A stretch of 64,000 bases of DNA, from NCBI RefSeq assembly GCF_009914755.1, contig NC_060932.1; one strand, written 5' to 3'. The DNA comes from the human T2T-CHM13v2.0 reference genome, Homo sapiens. Both the position numbers and the translations under genes were made by a program. Within the stretch, counting starts at the first letter, position 1. Each line of letters starts with the position of its first letter. This document shows positions 46,256-64,000 of this stretch, in pieces. Under the pieces are notes generated by a model that was not told where the DNA came from, did no database searches, and was given only the letters and a program-made list of their open reading frames with translations.

Positions 46256-48333
46256 GTCAGCTTTGTTTGTGACATTCATGCACCACCATAAGAGCATGCC
46301 TGAGGCTCCCTTGTTGAATAAAAGAGGCGACTTTCACGAAGGGAAAGAATTAGGAGCCTGTACCTCACTGCTCCTTTAAATGAGAGGGATGGTAAGAAAG
46401 AACCCAGCGTGTTCTTTCCATCCTAAGGCAAAGTCTGGTTTTGATATTACGGGCACTGCTCAGCAGTTAACAGGAGGGTCACTTCTGTCAGGGCCTGGAC
46501 TGGCCTGACCTGTCCCCCCTGGGGTCAACCTCCTCCTGCTGATGCTGACTCCTTGGTCCCCACCATAAGCCCCAGGGGGTCCAGTGGTTATTGCCAGCCT
46601 GCTAGTCTCTCACCCTTGATGGGAGGAAGATGCAACCTTCCTGCTCTGTGCCCACCTCTTGTTCAGCCTCGCTAGAGACTGCCCCCATGACTCATGTCAC
46701 AGCCACTTGCAGAAGGACGCCAAGGCTCGCTGCAGCAGGCCGTCCGGGAATGGCCAAGCCTGGAGTCTTCTCGAGCCAGAGGCAACAGGGTTTCCAGGAC
46801 ATTTAGGGTAATAAAATCGCCTCTGTTAGGACCCAGTCCAGTCAAATATTTCTGTTCTTACTTGAGCACTCACTGTGGCGGTTCCCCCACCCCACCCAGC
46901 ACTCAGGTTGTCTTTTGAGCTGGCAGATGGGCAGTGGGTAGGAAAAGCAGCACCAGCCAGAGCCTGACTTTAAAAGGAATCATGTGACACGTTGTCTCCT
47001 TGAAATTGGCAGAGACCGAAGGACAAGCAAGGAAAAAACACAGGCAGAAAGATGACTCTCCTAAGGATTAGAATTTGCATTGAGTTTTGCAAACCACTGA
47101 GAGCTTTGTGATTGAATCCATCACCACAATGCGCAGCAAGAAGGCTCTCATTCTGCAGACCAGGCCACATGCCTAGAAATTTATTTAAATTTTTTGTTAC
47201 TTTGGACCTGGGACAATATTCATACCTTTTAATACCCTTGGTCGGGAGGGAGCAGGGAGGGTGAGAAATGGCAGCAGAAGGAGCCTGACATGCAGCAGGT
47301 CATCCGTTGGGTAGCTGAGCTGCACCAGCCACGTCCCTATGTCCTCGTCGGGGAGCCAAGCCAAGAGGATCCCACTGCCCCCATTGTGGGCCCTTCCCAC
47401 ACCCCTCAGACTTCTCAGGACCTGGGCAGTTTTGGAGAGCCAAGCGCCATCTCCCCAGGCCTGGGCTGGCCCCTTGGAGCACAGTTGCCATAAGGCTCAT
47501 CTGCCTTCCCCGGAAAAGTTGCCCAGAGGAGCCCAAAGGGGGATAGGAGGGACCTCACTTTTCCAGGAAGGACCAGGATCTGGACCCTGCCTGGCCCAAA
47601 TTAGGCAGGAGTACCCAGAGTTCTGAGCAAATGCTGACCAACGTTTTGGACTGGATCCACAGAGAAGCACACTGAGTTTTCTATTCAGCTGCCTGAGCCC
47701 TGGGCATTCTTCAGAGAGAGGCCCCAGTTCATCTTCAACCAGACTCCTCCGAGCTCAGGATTCACCTCAGTCAGGCAATTGAATGATTGGCACAGGGTCT
47801 GGGGACATCAGGAGTTAATCAGCAGCCCCCAGTGGACAAGACACAGCTATTTCTAAAATCACAAATGCCCCAGTGACTGTTCCAAGTGTGACCACACTTC
47901 CCAGGTGACAACATTCAGATAAAGGCAAGCAGGAAAGCAAACAGTGGGAATGGTTTTATTGCCTCACCAGGACTAGTTTGGCCACAACAAACCCTGCTGA
48001 GGGTAGGCTTGCTCTCAGTTTCTCAGTGTCTTCACCCACACCCCACAGTCCCCCATCTTCCCTGTTCAAAACACACACACACCCCTTTTCTTTCTGTTCC
48101 TTTCCCTGGTTTCCCCCACATTCTGCTCCTTGACCTCTGGCAGGGCCTGAGTCCTCACCATGTCCTCTGCCTGCCAGGGCTCCCACCTCCTCCTTCCCAC
48201 TCGGGGCCTCCGTCCTGGGTGCCCCAGGCTCTGACCTTTCTTCCAACTGCCAGAAACACTCACTGGCTCTGAGAGGTTCAGATGCTGTTGAACCTCATGG
48301 AAACCCAGTTTCCTCAGTAGTTGAAAAGAATGA

Positions 48334-48685
<352 letters not shown>

Positions 48686-49555
48686 TAAAAAAATCAATGC
48701 TGACATGCAGCTGGTATGCACCAGGACGACTGCACATGTGTGAAAATGTCCGTATGCCTCAACACTGTCTGGTACCAGCCAATCCCAGAGCTCCCTGAAG
48801 CATCCCCTGTCCCCTATTGGCCTGATTACCCAAGCCCTCCCCAGGACTCTTCGCTGACCTCCCCAGGGATCAGCAGCTGTGGGTAATGCCTGACACTGTA
48901 TTGGGGGGGTGGGCAGCAGCAGGGTGAGGGTGGTTTCAGGACCTGCCCAGCATGGTGGCTGGCATTTATCCTCATTGGTCATTTGTCCATGCTCTTCCTG
49001 TTAAAAATTTGGACTGTCCTCTGGAAGCAATGCATTTGGGTGCACCTGTCTTGTAAGTTGAATTATAGACCACATAAGTAACAGGCAGGCTAAGATAGAG
49101 AGGGATCACCCCTTAAACTGTCATCAGTCATTTATGCCTTAGAGTAAGTGAATGAAGGAATGGAGAGGAGGTTTTCGTAGGGACTGGCAGGTAAGGGGAA
49201 AGGAAGGAGGTGTAATACCAAGGGAAGGAAGTGTTAGGAGCCCAAATGGGGAAACAACTTCAGGCTATTTCTCCTCACTGCCTAGAGCCCTACTTATCCT
49301 CCAAGCCCTACATGTTCCCCACCAGCATTTTAAATTCCTTGGATTCAAGGTGCAATACTCCCTGGAAGCAGATGTCCTCCATGAAGAAGAAGGGAAATGG
49401 GCCCCACAGGTGGTGCTGCAGAGTCCCACTCGCCAGCCACGGACACCACGGACACCCAGGACAGTGTAGACGGGTGGGACAATGGACCCTGGATGGTGAA
49501 GGAGCACCAGATTCAAGGCAGAATGCCTGGCCCCAAGACTCAGCCCCACACTTAC

Positions 49556-49557
<2 letters not shown>

Positions 49558-49642
<85 letters not shown>
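49558..49642. repeat. (GA)~29(GT)~13 compound microsatellite
   Basis: Seen directly. Confidence 0.95.
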
Positions 49643-49643
<1 letters not shown>

Positions 49644-51643
49644 CATTGGTCAAGCTGCCTGAGTTTCTTTGAGTCTCTATTTCCCCTCATCTGTGAAATG
49701 TGGATTAAATTACCTGCCCAGCCAACCTCACAGGCTGATGAAAGATCAGAAGAGAGCTGGTGTATAAAAGGACTTTGTAAATTGTGAATTGCACTTCTAA
49801 CATATGGTGTTATGCTAATCCACTCCATTCAGAAAGAAGCAGATCTGGGCGTGGGGAGAAGTGACTCAGGCAGCTGAAGACAGGAGTGAGGGCTGAAAAG
49901 CTAGGCGGTGACTGAAAATAGAACCGTTTTCAGAGCTCCCGTGCCAGGTTCCTGGGACCGGGCTCGCCAGCAGCTGGCAGGCAGGGGCTCCAGGCTGGCC
50001 AGGCCCCAGCTACCTGCTCCCCAGTGCTGCAGCCCGAGGTGGCCAGACGCCCCACCTGGTCAGTGCAGTCCAGCGACCTCTGCTCACAAGCAAGAAGTGG
50101 AGGATGAGGACCAGTTTTTTGAATTCAAATGACTCTCTCTCCTGGAGCCGCCTGCTTGCTGCCAAATGCAGCTTTTGGCTTCTTGCCTGCATTCCTACCA
50201 GCAAAATTAGCCCACAGATGAAACCTACAAAGCACATTGGCCCAGGAGACCAGAGGCCCTGCCTGCATGCTCCAGCCCCACGAGGGAAGTGTCCCCTGCC
50301 CATCCTGCCTTAGCTGAGCCCCAGCCCTCCTATTTTGAGGCAGGTAACAGGGCCGGTACCCACAGGACTAAGCACTACTAAGCCATCAAGGTCCGGGGCA
50401 AGCTGACCTGTGTGGGTGTAACTAGGCACAGACTTGATGTTTCATAAACAAACATTCCTTCAAGGCATTTCTGCTGCTAGCTCAGGCCAAGGAAAGCAAG
50501 GTAATAACTCAAGGAACAGTGACCTCACCAGGAAAGCAGGCTCCTCAGTCTCACACACAAATCCCACATCCCCATATATCCCAGACTCAGTGTGTCATGA
50601 AAAATCCCCAAGAGGCACTCCCCTGTAAAGGGAGCAGGTAGCCAGTTGAGAAGCAGGCTGGGAGCAGGGAGGGAGCTTTTTTCCAGCTGCCTAGAGATAC
50701 CACCATCTCAGGAGCAAGGAGTGGGCAGTGCAGAGGGTCTCTGCCCTCTGTGGGTCCTGCCCTCTTGCCACCACAGAAAGAAAGCAGAACAAAGCCGAAA
50801 CTATTTGTCATTTTGGCTCTTTCAGGTCCTGGCCAGGCTCTGTGACAGCATGCTGCCTCGGCAGCCACTGGGAGCTGGAGCTGGAGCTGGGAACTGGGAG
50901 CCAAGCACTGGGCCCTGTTGTGAAACCACTCAGCCTGGTCCTGTTTCATTTCCCCCATCTGCTGCTTTGTTCTTCCTCAGGATGTGGTGAGAGGTGGAGA
51001 CTGGGGAAGGAAGTAGGAAGAAGAGAGGCCTGGAAGTCCTGGCTGTTTATTCCCTGATCCTCCACCCTGAGAAGAGAGAGGGCAGAAAGCCACCCTGTCT
51101 CTGAACCTGGGTAAATGCACCCCCCAGGTACCCACCTGTGTGCTGGAGGCTACTTGAAGCTACAGGCTAAACCCACACATCTTCCTGGGCCCTCCAGTTG
51201 GGCCGCAGTGGACTTTAACACATTAAGACAAATACAACTGTATTAACAGAAGCTAACATTTATGCTTTACATGTGCTGGACACTGTGCTAAGTGCATCAA
51301 GTACCTCAGCTCATGCAATCCTCCAAACAACACCATGGGATGGCTCTTTCATTTACCCTATTGGTTTACAGAGGCTTAGAGAGTTCATGAGGTTGCTTGA
51401 GGTCACATAGCTATGGGTGGCGGCCCAGAGATGGACTCAGGCAGTTGGACTGCAGAGCCCACTGCAGGTAGATGTCCAATTTGTACACTGCCCGAAGGTG
51501 CCCTACTAGCGACAAGTACTGTGTGCATGGGCACTGCCTCCACTCAAAGACAGCACTGTCCACTTGCTTCGAGGGGTCAGCTTCCTAAAGTGGCAAAATT
51601 CACTTGAATATTTCAGTTAAAAGTTGAGTTCTCTTTGGCAGTG

Positions 51644-51777
51644 TTAGTATCAAAACACCAATAGCTATATGTAACTATGTAACTATATGTAACTAGTTAT
51701 ATACATACACTCTATAACTATATGTAATTGTTATGTAGTCATATAATTACATATAGTTATTGGTGTCATGGTACTAA
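51644..51777. repeat. Imperfect inverted repeat (31-bp arms) around a TA-rich core
   Basis: ttagtatcaaaacaccaatagctatatgtaa vs ttacatatagttattggtgtcatggtactaa, 27/31 complementary. Confidence 0.85.
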
Positions 51778-51787
51778 TTTAATATTC

Positions 51788-52201
51788 TGTTAAATTGAGT
51801 TAAATTGAGTTTAGCCTAAAGCTGCCTCCTTACATCTTCCTAAAGGTTTCTCCCTACACAGTGAACTGTACCCTAAACTGGACGTATAAACAGACTGTAA
51901 CCTACTCTTGTTTCAGCCCGTCACAGACGGCCAACTGTTCGTACTGTGTTCAAGTAAGGCAAAAGCCCAGCTGTACCCTGTGCAGCTGTACCAGGCAAGA
52001 ATCCAGCTGTGTCTGGTCCTCACTCCCACTTTCTGTATATCACTTTCCTTTTTTCTCTCCATAAATGCCCTCCGACCACACAGCAATACCAATAGAGTCT
52101 CTCCAAACCTATTCTGGTGTGGAGGACTGCCCGATTCACAAACAGTTTTTTGCTCAATTAAACTCTGTTAAATTTAATTTGTCTAAAGTTTTTGTGTTAA
52201 C
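51788..52201 (+). mobile_element. ERV1 solo LTR (MER57-like)
   Basis: tgttaaattgagtttagcctaaagctgcctccttacat...tgctcaattaaactctgttaaatttaatttgtctaaagtttt. Confidence 0.8.
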
Positions 52202-54086
52202 GCCTTCAATTTCAGCCCCTTTCTCAAAGGTCACCGCTACTATCAAAGTGGTATTTTTATAGAATACAAACACGTATATGATTGACTTTCAAATGGCTCA
52301 GATGGGAAAAAGTTATTTGAACTATACTTTCAATTTATCTGTAAGCTTAGGATTGCTTCAAAGTTAGCTTTTTTTTTAAGTTAACAAGAAAACAAATCAG
52401 AAAAAAAAAAAAAGTCTTCAAAGAAAAGTTGCTCCTAGGTTGAACCCCCCAGGGTATATCTTCTCTGCTGTTAGAGGCACTAAAGTAAAAAGGTGTGGGA
52501 AGTGTGCCCAAGCCAAGCTGCCTGGAAACGCTCCAATCCCTATTTATGCTCTGAGCTCCCTGGGAGTGGTGGGGTCCACCCCCAGGTCTCCTTCCTCCCC
52601 CAGCCCTGCACCTTGAAGTTCCAACTGCAGATTCTCTACCTCCTAGACACTCACCGCCCTGCACCCACACACCATCCCCCAGGCAAAAATGCCTGCCAGG
52701 GTCTCATCACATTTTATTGATTGCAATAGAAAACCACTCTAAAAAAGAACTGGTTCTGTACTCTGGGTTCCCTGTCCATAACGCAGGGGCTTTTCTGGCC
52801 TTGGTTAATAGTGGTGGAGAAATGTGGCAGGGATAGAGGGGTGAGAACGTGCCAAGTCCAACAGCGGCATCCCCAGCCCAAGAATGTCCAGGCTATCAGA
52901 GTGTGGTCCCTGCACAACTTCCACATCATGAAGGTTGTGCCTACCTGCTCTTGAATTGTTTTAGGTCTCTCTTGACTCAGGACAAAGGCCACAAATATTT
53001 TCCCCATTTTCAATGATCTGTTACTATTGCACAATTTTTCATTCTAAGGACCAAAAGAAGGGTGGAGACTTCAGTGTTCCTGACCAGAACTACAGCTCAT
53101 GTTCAGAAGGAGGAAATGCTGCCTGTGGCTTCAGGGAGGCAGGAGGACCAGGCAGGCCCTCAGCCAGCCCCTTACTCGGCAGGTGAGCTGCTTGCGAAAG
53201 ACAGTAGCTCACTTGTCATCCCAGTGTCCGGGGCAACAGCACAACAGTGCAGAGCCATACAGGTCAGCGCCCTGGCCTCCCCAACATAAAATCTCCCCGG
53301 CCTGTGCAGTGGGAGGGGCAGGGCACAGGGGAAAAAGACAGGTAGGCTTCTTGATGTGAGAAACTTTCTCCAGCCTGGGGGCATTTCTAGTCTCTTTCCT
53401 CTGCCTGAAAGTGCAGTCAATAAAACCATGAGCCTAATTCCCACCCAAGTGATTATTTTAGTCCTGGGTACCTCCAGAATGAGAGGTCCTTTCCCCCACC
53501 ATGAAACCTAGATTTATGACAAGGATTTAAGAAACACACCCTCCTCCACAATTTAATATTGTGTTTTGAAATGCAAACCCTGTGTTTCCTACAACAAAAA
53601 GCAAAAGTCATCCTCCGGAAACACAGAATTCAGCAGTGCCTAAGTTGGACTTATGGGGCAGGCAAAAGGAAGAGGAGGTTATGTACTAGAAGAAGTGAGC
53701 TGGGAATTAGATGTGGGAATTTGAGTTGGCAATCAGAAAGAAAAAGAGAAAAGGGAAGAGCTTGAAGCAGCTTAGATGATTTCAGACACAATTAACTCAT
53801 TATTCAGTAAACCATGCTGCACACTGGGAATGTAAACATGAAATGCTCCTGCTCCTGGCCAGTGTGACAGTCTAATGGAAGATACTGACAGAAACAAACA
53901 AGAAAACCATGTGATCTGTGTTAGACATGTTTACCTTGCAAAGGGAAAATACAGTAAGTCTCTGACTGGGAGATTCAGGGATATTTGAGCTAGGTATTGA
54001 AAGATAAGTACAAGTTTTGCCAAGAAAAGAAAGGGCAAGGGCCTAAGGGCATTCCAAAGACAAGTCACTTAGAAAGCACTAGAAGA

Positions 54087-54450
<364 letters not shown>

Positions 54451-54679
54451 TTACTGTGAGAACAGGGAGCATCCCTGGGCAAAATGCCTGGGCCCTTCGG
54501 CAAGGGGCTTGCGAAATGGCAATACAGGTCAGCCAGAACTCAAGGGGATGTGGGCCAGGGAATAGAGAGAGAATGGTTTTGACTGTACTTTGCATATAGG
54601 CTCTCATCTTAGATTACTTACCCATAAAATGTGGATAATAATTGCCCTTCTGCAAAGTTAGAGTAAGAATATACATATG

Positions 54680-54905
54680 GTTGAGGTATCTTAAGCAGTC
54701 AAACTCATAGAAACAGAAAATAGAATGGTGGTAGCCAGGGGCTGGGGAAGTGGTGAAATGGAGAGTTGTTATTCAATGGGTATAGAGTTTCAGTTTTACC
54801 AGATGAAAAAGTTCTAGAGGTCTTTTGCACAACAAAATGAAAATACTTGGCCAGGCATGGTGACTCATGACTGTAATCCCAGAACTTTGGGAGGCTGAGG
54901 CTGAG
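54680..54905 (+). mobile_element. L1M 3' fragment followed by a 3'-truncated Alu head
   Basis: agtcaaactcatagaaacagaaaatagaatggtggtagccagggg. Confidence 0.75.
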
Positions 54906-54909
54906 AACA

Positions 54910-58805
<3,896 letters not shown>

Positions 58806-59963
58806 TAATTTTATTTATGTTCCAAGTTTTTCCCTGCACGTTTCATGGGTGTACATTTACTCCCTTCCCAACCAAAATGAAAGCTCTTCATGCACAGAGG
58901 TGAGGCCTTTCATCCATTTATTCACCTAGTATTTATTGAGAATTTACTATGTGCCAATGCTATTCTAAGTACATAAGTAAACAAAACAAAGATCTCTGAC
59001 TTCTTGGAGCTTATATTTTAGTGGGTGGAGTAGGGGGCTGGGGTAGGGGTAAGGAGAGACAGATAATGACTAATAAACAAATAAATAAGTACATTGTCTA
59101 TTGTCTAAGTGTATTCAACAGCTTCACATGACTGGTAGCAATAGTATTGGACAACACAGGTCTAATGTCTTCATTCCCTGGATTTCATTTAATTAATTTG
59201 GAAAAAATGTCACAAGTAAATCAAGCTGACGTATTTGTATTCATTTTCTCAAATGCAAAGCAATCCTCTGAATCTGCATTTTTCATACCACATTGCAGGT
59301 GGTGGGAGTAGGCTAGGATGGTTGATTTGTTTGCTTTTTATGTAACAAGAAAAGCAAATAACAGAATGACCACATTGGCAAATTCAGGTGCACAAGCAGA
59401 TCTACCAGGTGTCTCAGGGCTTGCGCTCTTAGGGTCTAAAAGGGCTTTGCTATTTAAAAAACTGCAAGAAAACAAATTGTTCTGCAGACTCTGAAGGGCA
59501 ATTACTAAGGAGAGGTTCCAAAGACATTTGGGAGATGACGTCACCGGAATGAATGGACTGCTTGCCACGGTTTTAAAGAGAACAGCCCTCATTAGACCCC
59601 ACAGGTTTCATACAATCCCCATACGACTCTCTAATCAGAGACGGAGCAGGCTGTTTACAGTGTTTGTGGTGCAGTTATTTTGACAGGACAGCTATTTTGA
59701 CAGAGCCTCATGGAAACTGCTCCATGAAATGGAGCCTCCTTCTGTCTGGTATCACAGAACCCTGTAAGCATCCCTGATGCTTGCTCTGCCTCTGGCCACC
59801 ATGGTTTATAGGGAATTTTTGCTCCTTCTATTGCTTTTGGTTCCATATTAGTCATCTAATTTATTTATTCTTAATGAAATATATAAATAACATGCAACAT
59901 TCGTGTGAAAAAAAGGTAGGCTATCACGCTGATGTGTACTTAGAGAAACTCCCTAGATGGATA

Positions 59964-61090
<1,127 letters not shown>

Positions 61091-62427
61091 GATTTTTGTT
61101 TTAACCATGTGCATTTTTACTTATTTAAAAAAATTGTTTTAATCTTAAGAATATTTTTGAAAAGTCCATTCAAACTAGGTTAGCTTTTCAGGGGATGCCC
61201 CTCCTCCAAACCGTCATCATAAAGGAATGTAACCTATTAACTAATGCCAATACAAAATATGTTGAGAAAACTGTTAGAAATGTAATTGAGCATTCTCTGG
61301 GCAGCCTGTTGCTAAGGAAAAAGGATCACATTGTCTCCAGTATCCTCGCCTCCTACCCCCTGCCCCCTCTAGCGTCTGAAAAATAATTCCACTGACATAT
61401 TCAAGAAACTTAGAAAAAATAGACAGATTTGCAAATCTGTCATAAAATATGGGTGTTGCAACTCAAAGAGCAAAATCAGAGGACGTGAGATGTAGAATTC
61501 TCAGGACTCAAGCAGATTCTCAGAAAAGAAACAACCCTCACCAAGCATAATGATGCACTTCCTGAGGGCCCGCATGTGGTAAACACAATCATGGTGTTGT
61601 TATTCGTGGTTTTCCATCAGCGACTGCCTGCCCCGGGGACCTGACACAGCCTTGGTCCCCGCCTTCCCCGATCCCTGTCTCAGAGGCATCCAGGGCACTG
61701 GCATGGAGGGGAGGTTCAGCGACCAAATGGAGCTTGGGATGGATGAAGCTCTTCCTTTATTGATAATAAAGTCAGTTGAAAAAATCAGTGTTGTGTGGGG
61801 TTTTTTAATGACTTTTTTAGGCTTCTTTTAAAAGGCTGTATCAAATATGCTTATGCCAAAATGATAATGTCAAAATGCCAGGTGCCCTCCCAGACTTAAT
61901 GAGATGCTAGCCCACCTGTCACTCCAAGGAGAGGGAACAGAGGCATGCACAGGGGGAAGGACCTTTCACAGGGGGAAGCCAGCGTGCAGCAGAGGGGATC
62001 AAACATTCAGTTATACTGTGGCGCCATAATATGTGTCGTATTTTACACACACACAGGATTAAATGCTCACCTCAACAGAGCAGATTTACTCATTATGCAT
62101 TCCCTCTAGAGACTATCAGAATTTCTGAATTATCAAAATCAACACCAGATATCAATACCAGAATTATCAAACTCAATCTTTTTCTTGCTTTTACTTATAT
62201 ACTGTGCTTTAAAACCCTGGTGCTGTAGGCAGCCATGGTGATTAGAGATCAGTTCTACAGCTCCATGATCTTCCCATCAAAACACATGTCAGTTAACTCC
62301 CTTCAGGACTGAAAGGTTTGTCTCCAGAAACCTGCAAGGGGTATGACAAGTGCCAAATGTGGGTCTGGGGTCTCCTAAAGAAAGGGCTGTGACATGACCA
62401 GAGCAAGGAGATTGGCTCTCTGGAATA

Positions 62428-62754
62428 GCACGCGCGCGCGCATGTGTGTGTGGGTGTGTGTGTGTGACTGGGTTTTGCTCTGTTGCCCAGGCTGGAGTGC
62501 AGTGTTGCAATCATAGCTCACTGCAGCCCTGAACTCTCGGGCTCAAGGAATACTTTCAACTCAGCCTCCCAAGTAACTTGAAATACAGCCACAAACCATC
62601 ACAATCGGCTAATTTTGTGTTGTTGTTGTTGTTGTTGTTGAGGCCAGGTCTCACCACGTTGCCTAAGCTGTTCTCAAACTCCTGGGCTCAAGCAATCCTC
62701 CCACCTCAGCCCCCCAAAGTGTTGGGATTACAGATGTGAGCCATCATGCCCAGC
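62428..62754 (-). mobile_element. AluJ-like element whose tail became a (CG)n/(TG)n alternating tract
   Basis: gcacgcgcgcgcgcatgtgtgtg followed by antisense Alu. Confidence 0.85.
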
Positions 62755-64000
62755 CTATAGCACCTTTTGTTAGTGAGTTTAGGAAAAGCAATTGAGTCAC
62801 CCTAAAGCCTTAATCTTTACAAGAATCACCTGATGAGTTTGTAGAAATACAAATTCCTGGGTCCCTATCTCAGATTACCATAGGTTAGGGTAGAGGAAAA
62901 AAAAAAAAAACACAGGGAATTCAGATGCTATCAGTCCAATTGGCCCTAAATTGTCAGTGAGTGAGTGAATTTCACTTGACTTCCTTTCACTTTCACTTCA
63001 TTTCACACTTTCACTTCATTTCACAATGGCCCATGTTTTTCTGGAGAAGAAGCTGAATCCTAAAGGGCAGCCTTATTTAAATAGTGAGACACATCATTGA
63101 ATATTTACTTGTAATTTATATATTGCCTGTTTCTGGAATTGCTGAAGCAGTCAATGCTTGAGCAGGATTGCAAGGAGAGATACATATTAGGGAAAACTAG
63201 AAGATGGGGGACCTTACATTTGTGAGTGGCTGGTATCGGCTCATCCCCGGTTTTCACAAATACACATTCTCATGTAGTCCTCCCAGCAACCTCATTTTCT
63301 AAATGAGAAATTGGAGGCTTAGAGAGGTTCAATAACTTGCTCAAGGTCACACAGACACTAAGTGTGTTTCTGTCTGCTTTGATCCCATATCGGTCCAATA
63401 CCCTACAGCTGCAACCTATCTGAAACTCTAAACAAGAAAGCGTGAAATCACTTGTATTTAAAATTAACAGAAAAAGAAGAAAAAAAAAAAAAACCTTTTG
63501 AAAATGTTTGCACCAGATGACTACATGAGCATGGCCAGCAAAACCTCTCTTGAAAGGGGAAATAATTTGGCTGCTTGTGGTTTAGAAACATTGCCCCACC
63601 CTCAATGCTGTACCTATCAAGTCAGCAAGCTCCCTACTAACTGTGCCCTCCACTTGAGTCATGAATATGCCAGCAACAGGAAAGGAAGGGGAAATTCCAT
63701 TAAACATCTGAAGTCTTGTTTCAGGAATGAGTGACTCAGAGGCCACTGACAGCTCCCGGCCCTTATGAAGAAGCCACAGGCAATCAGTGAGCACTTGACG
63801 GAACTTGGGCTTCCAGAGCACCAACTTCTAGAGGATGGTTGATTTCTGGGCCCCAAGTCTGCAGTCAAACATTTCAGAAACCTCTGGGGCAAGTGCTTTA
63901 ACTTCCCTAACTCTCGGTGTCTTTGTGTAAAATGAAGATAACACCTACTGCACAGAGAAATTGTGAGGCACAAAATAAGATAGGGAGGTAATGACATTGG

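Larger units (their letters stand above)
43844..46275 (+). other. VXN: VXN 3' UTR (~2.4 kb; end approximate)
   Basis: Follows the stop codon; ends just after tandem AATAAA preceded by U-rich and TGTA elements. Confidence 0.75.

Noticed and set aside
49231-49672. 143-aa ORF with ERERER/CVCVC
   Set aside because: Held open by the (GA)n(GT)n microsatellite; no recognisable protein similarity

Overview
Primate, almost certainly human, genomic DNA that is Alu-rich and has no prokaryotic features. It contains one complete protein-coding gene on the + strand. Six exons (CDS 21415-43843) splice at canonical GT-AG junctions into a 624-nt ORF encoding 207 aa, which I recognise as VXN/vexin (C8orf46); from memory it lies at 8q13 between ADHFE1 and MYBL1. 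The 3' UTR is about 2.4 kb and ends near tandem AATAAA signals at 46244-46255. Also present are an AK6 processed pseudogene split by an Alu, a U6/L1 chimeric retrocopy in intron 2, about 40 Alus, L1/L2/MIR relics, MaLR and ERV1 solo LTRs, and DNA transposon fossils. The most unusual structure is a ~500-bp, ~97%-identical inverted copy of VXN exon 1 (19719-20220 vs 21315-21815). It retains the uORF, ATG, 70 coding nt and splice donor, and sits in a palindromic TA-rich tract about 1.1 kb upstream, so the presumed promoter lies between two outward-pointing copies of exon 1. Repeat subfamily names are from memory of consensus sequences and repeat boundaries are approximate.
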